From contig MCFH01000017.1 of NCBI GenBank assembly GCA_002104945.1, positions 62,001 through 126,000 of the forward strand: a stretch of 64,000 nucleotides of DNA, given 5' to 3'. Of this stretch, positions 25,130 through 39,069 are shown piece by piece. Numbering within the stretch: the first letter of the stretch is position 1; the number at the start of each line of letters is the position of its first letter. This DNA comes from Piromyces finnis finn (lineage: Eukaryota > Fungi > Neocallimastigomycota). Position numbers and translations under genes: made by a program. Under the pieces are notes generated by a model that made no database searches, was not told the origin of the DNA, and was given only the letters and a program-made list of their open reading frames with translations.

Positions 25130-27914
25130 TCTATACAGATATTGAAATAATATTAATAAATAAATATTAATATAATAAATTACTTCTAAATCTTCAAGTA
25201 ATGCTTCACCGGTTTTTTCATCCACTTGTTGATACTTTTCGTAAAGGGAGAACACTGTAGGATATTCTTTTATAATTCTTTCAATAATAGTTGGAGAAAT
25301 TCGATAGACTTCTTCCAACATTCGATACCATATTTTTGAATAGTCTGCTTCAGTTTTTATTTTGTTGTATGTACAATAATTATTAGACTGTTCAATTTTT
25401 TCTCTAGTATAGAGAAATAAAAAAAAAAATTAATATTAATAATGAATTTATTAAAATTACATAAAAAAAAAAACGGGTATAGCTTTCATCCCATCATCAC
25501 TAATACACCATAATAATAGGGAAGAAGGAAAAAAAAAAAAAAAAAAAAAAAACTTACTTGAATGGAGTAATCGAAATTTCTTTTGTAAAAGTACAAATCC
25601 ATTCGACCGTTTTATCCCATCCTGAACTAAAAATGACCAAACATTCCCCAGTCATTTGTAACCATAAAAAAGCTTCTTCTAACACTTGTGGACTTGGATA
25701 GTTTGAAAGGGATCCTTTTAATTTAAAATATTTTCCCATATCAACACCACAAAAACTTCTAGGATCTATTGGCATTTCTTCTTCATTAATTGTTTCTTTT
25801 CTGTGTCTTTTAGGTCGATTTGGAGTGAGTTGGGATTTCATAATTTCTCTCATTTTTCTATTTTCCAATGTACTTCTTTTCCTGTAATAATCATTTAATC
25901 CTTCTATCAAAAATATCCAGCGTTTCTTTTTTAACCCATTCCAAGGATTACTGGAAAGACGAAGTAACTTATCCTCCAAAGGTGTATTTTTTAATCGATA
26001 TTGAAATTTCTTTTTAAACTCATTATAGAAGGCCTCGACCTCTTCTAGTGAATTAGCTTTACTAGCAAATTCTAATGCCGAAATTCGAAGTAATACATAT
26101 TCTTCATGAACCACATAATCCTTTTTTGTTCCCCTATAAATATTTAAATTTTCATCATAAATATAGTTTATCTTTCTTTTCCAAGTGATCGTATTAGCCA
26201 CTGGATAATCTTTATACTCTACCTCAACATTTAAACTATTTAGCTTTTGTTCTAGCATTTCCCCAGAAGGAACTTTTTCCTCAACTTTATTTTGTTCTTG
26301 TGTTGAATGTGTGGTAGAATCTTCCTCTTCATTTTCAGCAACTTGACTAGGACTCATTAAAATATTCTCTGCATATTCAAGGTCTTTAGACATGTGAAAT
26401 CCATCATCCAAACAAACAATCATTTCTTTACAAGCCTCTAATTTTGTTTTGAGTTTATTTAACTTTTCATTTTTAAGTTGTTCTTTTCGTTTTAAAAGTT
26501 TTTCCTCCTTTTCCAATTTTTTTAATTGCTTTTGTAATTCACGATGACGTTTTTTTTCTAATTTAAGTTCTTCCTGAATCTTTTTCTTTCTTTCTTTTTC
26601 AAGTTCTTTTTGTTGACGATTTGCATTATTAACATTACGTTTTCGTTTTTTAGGCTTAGTTTCTTTAGATTGTTGGGTTTGACCTTCATCCACCGTCGTT
26701 ACTTGCGAACTAATAAGAGAAGAAGCATCATCTTTTTCATCCACATTTTCATCGATATTTGTTAATTCAGAATTTAGTAATGGTGATGATGAAATGTCGT
26801 TTGTACCGGTTATTCCATCGGTTCCGGTATTTGTTAAAGAAAAATGATCGGTAGTGGAACGATTTAGAATATCTAATGCGTCCAATATATTATCATTTAA
26901 AAAAGATGGTTGTTGAGAAGATCTTGGACTATCATCTAATTTTTCTTTTTGATATGCTTTACCAGACAAAGGACTTGAACTTATGCTATTTTCATCATGG
27001 GTATTTAATTCAATATTTTTATCAGAAGTTACACAAATAATGTCCTCTGATGTCTTTAAATCGTCATTCAATCTACTATCTTCATTACCTAATGATTTGA
27101 TAGTTTTTCCATTTTTACAAGTTCTACTTTTATCCTTTTTGAGAGGAGAAGGTTGTTTGTGATCATCAATTTCCGTTTTTTTCACATTACCATTATCACA
27201 CCCACTTTTTTTCTTTTCAATTTCTTTATTTAAAAGTGCATTTAAATTTTTAATTCTTTCAAAACTAGAATTTAATTGATTTTCAATGCTAAATATGGAA
27301 TATTTTTCAAATTTGTTAGAATCAACCTTGAAATTTGAAATGTTAATATTTTCTTTGGGTGAGGTGGTACAATTCGTTTTTTTATTAGGTTGTGTTTTTT
27401 TGGATTTGGGTGTGGTATTTTGACTAGAATTTAAGATCTCATCATCTATATTTAAATCGAGAGCATCGACATCGATTGGAGGTTTTTTAACAATTTTGAA
27501 TCCGGGTTGTGATGGTGGTGACAAAAGAAATTCGTTTTCATTTTTTAATATATTATCATTTGTTGGTAGGGTATCATCGTCATCATCAATGGTTATTTTA
27601 ATAGGTGATTTCTTGATTTTATTAACTTTTTTACATTGTTTTTTTGAAGAATTTAGGGTTTTGGGGATAGGAGTTGAAAAGAATAGTTGTGAATCACCTT
27701 CAACAATAGCATTTCCTGAAGTATTTGATAAATTAATATCATTTTCCAACAAATCTGTTGGTTCCTCACTAAGTTTTATGGAACTTGAAAAATCATTTTC
27801 TTTATCACTATTAAAACAATTTTTAAAAATTTCTTTGTCACTTGTTATATTATTAGAAAAATAATTATTGATGTTTTTATCGGTTTTTGTTATAACTAAA
27901 TTATCGTCTTTCAT
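24915..27914 (-). CDS. EME1: Crossover-junction endonuclease non-catalytic subunit EME1/Mms4 (3 exons)
   Basis: Large exon (ORF 25554-27914) has a disordered N-terminus, a coiled coil and an inactive ERCC4 domain (VANTITWKRK, IFLIEGLNDYYRK, LEEAFLWLQM, WICTFTKEISITPFK). Then KIWYRMLEEVYRISPTIIERIIKEYPTVFSLYEKY and VRKIGKSISKRIYTWFT (HhH region), stop at 24915-24917. Confidence 0.9.
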
Positions 27915-30899
27915 TATAAAAATAGAACATAAATTCTTTTTTTTTAAAAAAAAATTTAAACTATTAAATACTCCAATATAATAATACTTGAATAAGAATA
28001 TTAAATCCTTTACAATATTTGAAAAAACCTTTACAACACAATACTTGAATAAGAATATTAAAAAATATTTATTTTTATTTTATATTTTATACAATGTATA
28101 TAGATATATATATTTATTAATTATTAATTAATTCAATTCAATTTCAAAAATACAATTTTCATTTCAATTCAAGTTGAAAGTAAAATTATTAAGGTCATGA
28201 ATGATTTGAAAAATTAAAAATGGATTTCTTTTTTTTTTTCTCTATTCCATTTAATTATAATATCCCTTTTATCTTTTTTATATTTACAGTATGATCAAGA
28301 GAAACTCTTTAAATCCTTTTTTTTTTTTTTTTATTTCAATAAAACAATATAAAAATAAATAATTATTAATAAATATTAATAAATATAAATTAATTATTAT
28401 TAATAATTGTTTTTTATTATTATTGGGTAAATCTTTACCACTACTACTACAACCATTACCATCACTTACCCACCACTACAAAATAAATTCTATTTTATAA
28501 AAAAATTTTAATTAGTAAAAAAAGTCTTAACCTTTTTAATTTGTCCTATTTATTTATTGTAAAAAGGTTAAATAAAAACTGAATAATAAAAAGTGTCCAT
28601 TGAAATAAAATAAAACAAGTAAAACTGTTTAATATTATTTATATTAATATTTCTATTTTTCTTTTTTATTGTATAATTAATATTAGAATGATACGACGAC
28701 AAAAAGAATATAATATACAAAGTTTTTAATTTGAATACTAAAAGTAATACTTAGTGATAAGCCTTTTCTTCTTTATTTAAAACTATTTAACTTGTGAGGA
28801 TGTCTTTATATTATGAATTATATCATCTTTATTTCATAGAAATCATAACTCAAATAATAATAAACATAGATTTCTTTTTTTTTTCATATGCATCTAAATA
28901 TATATATACATATATATATATTTAATCACCTTTAATAAATATATAAGACAATTCTATCAATAATACTTTTTGGTAAATGTGGACTAACTTTTTAGTATTA
29001 GATTAGTTAATTTGAATCTATATATTAGAATAACTCTATTCTTTAAAAAAGGAATTATTATTGCTCTTTTATGTATAGAACAACAACACTTTTATTAAAT
29101 AATAAACTATTCAAAATTATCAGTAATAATAAATATAATAATTAAAAAAAAAAAAAAAACAATAAGTATCAGAATAGCTTTCTTTATTAACACTGAAAGC
29201 TTAGAAATGGTTTTTGTTTTACATTAGATTTAAAAAAGTTCGTAAAGAAGCATAAAAAATATTTCAATGTTTTTAATATTTTAGTGTGTTTTAATAATTG
29301 AAATCTATTCTCATTAGAATATAAAAGATAAAATAAATAGGTATGATATACTAAGAGCAAGGTAACTTTAAGGTTATGGATTAGAATATGGGATTATAGA
29401 TAATTAAAAACCATTAGATATATAATAATAGTTATATATAAATATTAACTATATATAACTATATATAAATAAAAGGAGTATATAATAAATATTTACATCT
29501 TGCACTCATTACAGTTTCTTTAAATGTTTTAGTAATATATATATTCATATATTCTATCCTATTGTAAAAGTATTAGTGAATGTATATAAAGAAATGAAAA
29601 GTATTTATTTAAGTATTACTTTGTTATATATAAAAAAAAAAATAAATTTCGATGAATTTTTTTGAGTGGATAGATAAGTGCGGATGTGTATGAAATGTGA
29701 GAATGGCTAAGATTTTGTACCTTTTTTTTTTTATTAAAACAATTCCGCAGCTTTTGAAACTTTTTATTTTTAGTAACTGTAACTTTATTGGTTTGTAACC
29801 AGAAAATTAAAAAATCCGTAGTATTATTAAAAAAAAAAGATGCTTCTATTAAATATATTTAAAACGATCATATTTTATTTTTGCTAGAATATAATTATTT
29901 ATTTCAAGATACTTTTTTTTCAAAAAAAAAAAAAAGGTTCAATATACCATTCTCTTTTTAAAAAAGAGTAATTCTTATGTAATTCTTATATTCAAATAAA
30001 TGGTGCTTTTAGTTTATAAAAACTTTTAATAAAAAAATCCGAAGAGAATAAAAACTTTATTTAATAATATTTAAATAATTAATAAATTTAAAGTTAATGT
30101 TTACATTATGCAATTACATTATTTTATCGATTTCATTATTCAATACTACATTTAATAATATAAGCCACATAATGTTTAATTTTTAATACAAGAAGACTTT
30201 TAAAAGGTAGAAAGAAAAAATGAAGTATAATATAATTTTTTTTATTAAAGTATAATATAATTTTTAAAGAAGAAGAAGAAGTAATAGTATTATATTTATT
30301 TCATAGAACAATAAAAAAGTTTTTAATTACTAAAAATACATGATTATTTTTGTCGGTGTGATTATGCTATTACTTTATAAGTATAATCCAATAAAGATTA
30401 TTAATAATGGATTAGGTTATTTTTTTACTTTTTATGTTTTTCAACTCTTTTTTTTTTTTGTAATTTCTTTTATTTTTTTTAATATTTATATTTTTAATAT
30501 TTATTTATTCTTTGTTTTTTTTGCTTTTATTTTATGTATATACTCATTTTATTTTTAAACTTTTTTCTTTTCATCATTTTTTTAACTTTATATTAAATTA
30601 TACCATTTCAAAGTGATTCATTTAAATAAAAGCAAATAAAAAAAAAAGTTTAATAATAATAAAAATGCATTTTATTTATTAATAAATAAATAAATGGTAA
30701 TTTGAAGGCTAAAAAAAATGGATGTTGACTCATTACAATGAAAAACATTATATATCAATTTCAATTTTATTAATAAACTACCATTTATATAAATAATAGT
30801 AATAACAACTATTCTAACTCTATAACTACAATTGTCATCTCTAATAGTAATAAAACTCTATATAACCATAATAATGTCACAAATATTACTGCATAACTA

Positions 30900-31046
30900 T
30901 TAGTATTAGTATTAGTAGTAGTATTAGTATTAGTATTAGTAGTATTAGTATTAGTATTAGTATTAGTATTAGTATTAGTATTAGTATTAGTATTAGTATT
31001 AGTATTAGTAGTAGTAGTAGTAGTATTAGTATTAGTATTAGTATTA
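30900..31046. repeat. (TAGTAT)n hexanucleotide microsatellite, intergenic
   Basis: Direct reading, with occasional TAG-only units. Confidence 0.93.
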
Positions 31047-34000
31047 TTATCAATTAACTATTACTATTATTATAACTATATCCTATAGGACTATGATTAT
31101 CTTTTTTATTAACCTTATCCACTTTAAAAAATTTTTAACCTTCTTTTGGAGATGTTTTCGTGTAACATACACTAAATGATTGATGTACTATTTATAAACT
31201 TTAAATTTTAATAATATAAATTAAAGTTTGTTTGTTCAATGCTTTTTTTTTATTGGTTATTTATTAATGATAAATTTAATTTTAACTCAATTTAGGTAAA
31301 AATATGTTTTAATTAAAAAATTTACACAAAAAGTTATGGCAATTATTACCGTAGATTTATTAATTTTAATATATTAATAATATACTATAATAATATATTA
31401 ATTCAATAATTAATAATACAATCTTTAAAAATAAATTAAATTTATTGAAATAATGCTACACGTGTATAAAAATAGTATTTAATAAAGTTTGTATTCAAAT
31501 CAATTCATAAAATTAAAAAAAAAGATGCTTTTTCTATTATTAAAGATTTGCAATTTTATTATATTAAATATCATGGTAGTCGTGATTTTTATTTATCATT
31601 GTATGATGTGTAAATAGTAAAGGAAGAAATATACTCTATTTAAAGCTCTAAAATGACTATAGTTTTATTAATAATGATTATTCAAAATATAAAAAACAAA
31701 GTAACTCTTGTATACATACTATATATTTTGTAATTGATTGATTCTCTTCCTTAATCTACAATATAAGAGAGTATACAAAATTGTCATCACATAATAAAAT
31801 TTCATTTTTTTCGTGCTTATTATGTTTATACTTTATCAAACCTTAAAAAATAATATTTTATTAGTTTCTATTATTTAAATAATTATATAAATTATATTAT
31901 TATTATTATTATTATTCTATTTATTCTATTTATAATATTTTATTCAATTATGGCTCATTTAATTTCTTTATATTCAATTTATAATACTTTATTCGATTGA
32001 TATTTCAATCAATTCCTATTTATTCAATTATAACATATTTTTTATTGTTCTATTCATCTTTTATTCAGATCCTATTTTAGTTTGATCGATGTTTATTCGG
32101 TAGACTGAATAATATAGAATTATTTTTTCTTTTCATTGTTTTTAATCCATCCATTCTAATACCTTTCAATAAACAATATTTATTTTTTTTATTCTTTTAT
32201 TATAGATTGAAAATGTCTCAGTTTTTAATTTTGTTACCCAACAATTTTGTTTGTGTTTTTTTTTTTTCACCATAATATCAGGGATAATACAAATAATTGA
32301 ATAGAATAATAATTAGATTAGCGGTAAAAAAAAGTCAACCTAATAAATTTGCCTGAATATTGAAAAGTATTGGTAGAGTAACGCCTGAAATTTTAATTTC
32401 CAATAAAAATTAAATTTTTCATTCTTTTTTGTTTTTGTCCTACCTCAACCAAAATTAATTAATTAAAATAATAATAAATAAAGTTTATAGTCCATTTTTA
32501 ATTTATAATCCATTATTAGCTAATAATAATATAATAAATATTATAGTTAGGATTATAGTTTATAATAATAATAACCAATAGCAAATAATAATAGTTATTA
32601 TGAATGATCAATATAATAAACATGATAAGGCATATTCTTGTCATTTTATCTACCTTGTCTTATTATATCTATTCCATTTACTCTATTACTTGTCTTTATT
32701 ATTTCCCTTGCTTCTACTTTCACTCTTTTATTGCCTTCAATCTCTTTTTCTTGTTACTTTTATGATTAAAAAATTAAAAGAATACATTTATTTAATTTTA
32801 TAATATATTGTATAATATATATTATAATATTCATTCATTAATTGTATAATATATTATTTATACTATTACTATAATATTTATTATAATACTTTATTAAAAA
32901 TTTCATTTCTTTATTTATTATAAAATAAAGTTTGGATGAGCCTAAGCATAATAATAGTAAGATGAAATTTTTCATTTTTTTTTATGGTAAAGTTTTAGGT
33001 AAATTCTTTGTTTATTAATATACAAATAGCCTGTGTAACCTACATTAATATATTATTAACTATATTTAAAACAATTCATTAAATATATTTAAATGATTTA
33101 TACATTTAGTATTTTATTGTATATTAATTTTTAACGAATCATATTTTTTTAAAAATAAATCAAATTTTTTTAGGTAAGAAAAAGGAAAAAAAAAATTTGC
33201 ATTTTTATATATAAACTTTAATTTTTCAGAAAAAGATTAAAAGTTTTTTTCTTCTTCTTTTAACTAATAATAATAAAAAAAAAAAAAAAAAATTTAAAAT
33301 TTGTATTAATTAAATAATGTAAAAAAGTATTTTTTTTTTTTTTTACATTATAGAATTTAATAGTAAAAATAAAATAAATTTATAAAAAAAAAAGAAGAAA
33401 AAAAATATTATTATAAAAAAAAATAAATATTAAATTTCTATATTTCTATGCATTTATAGAAATTTTATTTTCTTATATAAAAAAAAGAGAGATAAAAATT
33501 ATTAAAATTTATAAAGTTTTAATTACATTTTTATCAATACTATAATTTTTTTAATAATAATATAATAAATATAATTAAATTATTATTTAATTGATTTTAA
33601 TTTCAATTTAATATTTATGTTAGATTTAGTTAAATTATTAAATTATTGATTAAATAACAAAGTAAAATAATAATAACAATAGTAATAATAAATAGAATAA
33701 GAAAAAAAAAAAAAAACAATATAAAAACAAAATCTAATATAAATGGTATTAGGTATTATAATACAATTTAAATTCAAATAGTAATAATCATTAATAATAA
33801 TTAAATTCATTACTTCCATTTAATACAAAATAATTAAATAAAGCAATGATATTTTAAAAAATGAAATAAATAAAAATAGTCTATAACAACAATAATAACA
33901 AAAACAATAATAATAGTTAAAAAAGAAAGTAATATATTCAAAAAATTCAATATAAAAGAAATAATATAATATATAAAAAATATCCAATATAAAAAAAAAT

Positions 34001-35049
34001 AATATATATATATATATAAAGTAATTAAAAAAATAATATAAACTATCAATATAAATTTTCAATTTTATATAAAAAGTATCAATAATAATATTTATATGTT
34101 TTAATTTATTTGAAAAAAAAAAGTTTTTCAAAATAATAATTTGTGAAGGTAAAGAAAATAATTTTATTTAATTATAAAAAAATATAATATATTATTAATA
34201 GTTTTAGTTTTATTATAAATAATACTACAAATAAAAAGTTTTTTTTTAATAAGTATTTTCAAGTTATATTTGTAGTAATAATAACATTATTATTTATTTA
34301 TTATTTTTAATTTAAATAGTAATATCTATAAAGAATTTGTATTTTTCTTTTTAATAGTACTAGTATTTTAATTTCTAATATTTATTTTTTTTTAAATTTA
34401 AATAGTAATAACCAGGTTTAATTTAAAATTTTCTTTATAGTTTTTTTTATTTAGAATAGTTATTAGTTGTTTTAATAAATAAAATTATTTAATTTACTTT
34501 TTAATATAAACCAAGTAAAAATTATAAAAAAAATTAATGTCTGGAAACATTAAGAATATACATTAATGTAATTAAAAGAAAAAAAATAATATATATACTC
34601 ATTATTTAAAAATTAATTCATAATTTATCAATATATATTTTAAAGTAATCATTTTTTTTTTGTTGAAAAATAATAATATACATTTTCTTAGAAATATATA
34701 TATATATTTTAAAAGAAATTCTATTATACATATTGACTAGTAAATACCAATAATAATAATTTATATAAAAAGAATACCTATAAACATTAGTGTTAATATA
34801 GAAATAATATTGTATAGAAATAATAATAACAATATTGTAGAGTTGTAGATATTTATAAATATCAAAAGGTAAAAGATAGTAAACATAAAATAGTCTTTGA
34901 ATAGAATCTTTTATTTTATAGAAAATTAAATTTCATAAATATTATTATAATTAAAAAAACAAAAGATACACCCTAAAAATAAGTTTATTAACAAGAGTAA
35001 AAGTAAAAAAAATATAACCAAAAAAAAAAATATTTCTGAATTAGTTGAA

Positions 35050-37852
35050 ATGGAAAACAAAAGTCAAACACCATTAAAAACATTAGAAGAATTAAATTAT
35101 TTCCTTACTAATGCACCAAAAAATTGGAAAGTAGGTGATGTTATTAAACGTTTCCAAATATACGAACATGACTATATATCATGTGTTTTTTGGGAAAACC
35201 AACATTTTATTACTGGAACAGATATTGTAAAAGCATTAACTTACCGTTTTAAAATTCAAGGTCATGAAATTAAAAACGTTAAAAAGTTTGAAGAAGGAAT
35301 CTTTAGTGATTTAAGAAATTTAAAACCAGGAATAGATTCTTCTCTTGAAGAACCAAAATCACCATTTTTAGAATTATTATATAAACACAAATGTATTCGT
35401 ACTCAAAAAAAGCAAAAAGTATTTTTCTGGTACTCTGTTCCTTACGATAGATTATATCAGGTAAGAAAAATAGGAAACTATAGTAACCTATTATATATAT
35501 ATTTATTTTAAAAATGATTTGTCATTTCTTATTAAGTGAAATAAATAAAAAACAATTAAATTGTCATACAATATTATTATAAATGATAAATGATGAATAA
35601 ATAAATGAATAGTATTATTATCGTATAGTGTGAATATAGGATACAATATCATTATAAATAATAAACAGATTTACCTTTTTATATAAGTCCTATGTTCCTT
35701 TTTTTTATTTATCAATGCTAATCAAAATTATTATATTTTATTGTTATGTATTCCATTCTATTAATAGGATGTTTTAAAAAGAGATAAGAAAAGAGAATTA
35801 AATGGTAAAAAATCAAATATTGTAATAGACAAATCTAAATTCCCAGTTGTTAAAAAAGAAGTCAGTAAGTCACCAGAACCGGTTGAAGATACAGAATTAA
35901 CCATGGTTAAAAGTGAAATAGATATGAATGAATCACCATGTCCAAGTATTATATATACCAAATGGGTTGATGAAACACAAAAATTAAGTAGTAATTATGA
36001 AGAAGAAATTAAAGTTAAAAAAGAAGAAAGTACTACAAATCCTCAATTAAAAAAGGTTAAAAAGGGAAAGAAATATATTATTACTAAATATTTTGCCAAG
36101 GGTCAAGTTAATAACTCTTCCTTAAAATTTGTTTGTGATAAAAAGGATTGCAATAAAAAGTTTAAAAAGTTGGAAGAACTTGTTAAGCACAAAAAATTTG
36201 TTCATGGGTAAATATTAAAGTGTTGTAAAAAAAAAAAAACATTAATATAAATGTTAATAAGGCCAATATATATAAATAGATGTTGAAACTTGTAAAAAAT
36301 TTACATTGATTAAACTATATAAATATATATTGAAACTTGTAATAAAAATTTTACATTGATTATATAAAAGCTAACAATATTTTATTATTATTATTATTAT
36401 AGTGCCGATAAAATAGGTTATAATTATAGTAAAGATTTCCTTTATGTTGAAAAGAATTTGTCTTTTGATAAGAATGAAAAGAAAAAAAATTCAGCCTCAT
36501 CAAATAATATCAATAATAACAACAATATATTACCACCTTCAATTGAACTTGAAGATGAAAATAATAATTGGAGTGTTATTCTTTCACCAGATAGTCTTTC
36601 TAGTGAAAATGATGAGTCAATGATTATTAGTAATATATCTACATCTGATGCTGCTAATATGTCATATTGTGACTATAGTCTCAGTAGTATCTCTAATCCA
36701 AATGAAAGTATAAGTAGTATGAAGTGTAATATGAGTCTTGAAGTAAAAAACTTTACTACACCATATCCAGTACTTAACATGCAAAATTCCAACAAGTCAA
36801 GTAACAATAGAAGAGATCATAGACTTTCTATTTCTTCTAATGCTACCTTGAATAATATTAATAACAGTACTATCTATTCTACTAATAATACCACCACTTC
36901 TGATATTGCTGATACCTCTATGAATACTACTTTTTTGTCATCCCAAACATTTAGTAATAACACATCTTTTATTCTTCAACAAAATGATAATTCTGAATCC
37001 TCAATAACAAATGACGATCAAATTAAGACATTTTATACTCAACTTATAAAATCAGAAGAAATAAATTATCCAGATAACCAAAATAAAATATTAACACCAT
37101 TAACTACATCTTCCAATGTTAGTCCAGCTTATACTGTTGAGTCAGCTGTTTCACAATCCCAATATGTTCCATGTAATGTTACTAACGTTTCCGTTGCTCC
37201 AGTTCAACCACAACCTGTGAATAACTATGTCTCTGTGAATAATAATATTCCAAATGTTAATGATGTTGCTATCCCAACTGCTCACTTTATGGCAATTGAT
37301 TCACCTATTCAAACTGATGGTCATTATTTCCAAAATTTACCAGTACAAAATCAAACCCAATATATCACTACAGATCAATACTCTACTAATACAACTTCTA
37401 CCGTTCAGTATGTTTCATCTGTTATTGATCCATCTACCACTACTAGTAGTGGTAACTATGTTTCCTATGAATTATCTTCCATTATTAATCAAGTGACTAA
37501 TCCTCCAATGAATGTTTATGTAACTACTAAAACTTGTCCAGATCCAATTAATTACGTTTCTTCCCCAACAGCACTTGAATATCAAAGAATAAATCAACCA
37601 CAACCACAACCACATACCCCAACCTCTAATATTCCAAATAATAATCAATCCATGTTTTATAATTTATCCAGTGATAATAGTAGTCCTATTAGCCCAACTG
37701 GTTTTAGTCCAGCTAGTATTAGTCCATCTAGTCTTAGTCAAACCTATATTCAACCACAAACTCAATATGTTCAAGTTCAAACCCAACCATCCCAACCCAT
37801 TTATCAAGTTCATGAAAATATGCAACCAGTAGTTCAAATGCAATATCAATAA
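35050..37852 (+). CDS. STE12: Ste12-like transcription factor (STE domain, one C2H2 finger, S/T/N/Q-rich tail; 3 exons)
   Basis: Exon 1 encodes the STE domain: YFLTNAPKNW...ISCVFWENQHFITGTDIVKAL.YRF...KKFEEGIFSDLRNLKPGIDSSLEEPKSPFLELLYKHKCIRTQKKQKVFFWYSVPYDRLYQ. Exon 2 begins DVLKRDKKRE (about 35769) and ends with FVCDKKDCNKKFKKLEELVKHKKFVH. Exon 3 continues in frame into ORF 36458-37852. Confidence 0.93.
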
Positions 37853-39035
37853 ATTGTTCCCACCTACTTCAACATAACATCAATAACACCAAAGACCAAA
37901 AATCAAAAATTAAAAATCAAAAAAAAAAAAAAAAGAAAAAAAAAATAAATGAAATACAAATAATAAATGAAATAGAACAAAACAAAACAAAACAAAATAA
38001 ATCAACCAAAAAAAAAAAAAAAAAATAAAAGTAAAAACCGAAAAAATAATGGATAAATAAATGGTAATAATAGTAATTAAAAACAGATGTTAATAATTAT
38101 TAGTATTATTATTTTTGGCAAAAAATGCTATAAAAAATAAATAATAAAATTAACAATGAATACAATAAAATAAGTAAAGCAAAACAAAACAAAATAAAAT
38201 AGAAAAAGTCAATAAAAAATGACGACAACAACAATAGAAAAAAAAAATTAAATAATAGTTAGTTTTAATATTAATAGAGTTTTATGAAAAGAAACATCTA
38301 TTATATTAAATATAATTAATTTTGATAAAAAAAAAAAAAAAAAATCAACAACATCATATAAAAACAAACAAAACAAAAATAATCATTAATTTATTAATTT
38401 ATTTTATAGACATTAATTACAACATTAATCATTAACCTTTATCTCACATTTCTTTAAACATTAATTTAAAACAACTTCATAATTATTATTATTATTTTTA
38501 TCTTTAAGAAAAAAATAATAAAGACGAAAAATCCTCCTCCTCCTTTACTATAGTTAATATATTTATTTTCATTCTATCAACAAATAGTATTACATACCTA
38601 TTCTTATTTTATGCGATACTATTTAATATAATATATTAATTATTTTATAATCCAATTTTATATTAGAATAAAAAAAACAAACAAAAAATAATAAATAAAA
38701 CTTCTAATAATAATAAAAAAATTATTATTATTTCTAAATAAACAATTTATAGAATTATAAAGAATAATAATAATAATTAAAAAAAAAAAAAAAAAAAAAA
38801 ATGAAATAATAATAATCAAAAGTAATATTGTAATACTTGACAATACTACTTTTGAAATAATTACAAAATATTGTAATGTAATTTATTAATTGTATTTCCA
38901 ATATTTTAATTATAAAACAAATAGAAAAACCAAAAACCAAAAACCAAAAAGAACTAAAAACAAAAACAAAAAACAAAAAACAAAAAAACAAAAATAGAAA
39001 AATTATTAGAAATCTTATTATTTTTACTTTTATTT

Positions 39036-39069
<34 letters not shown>

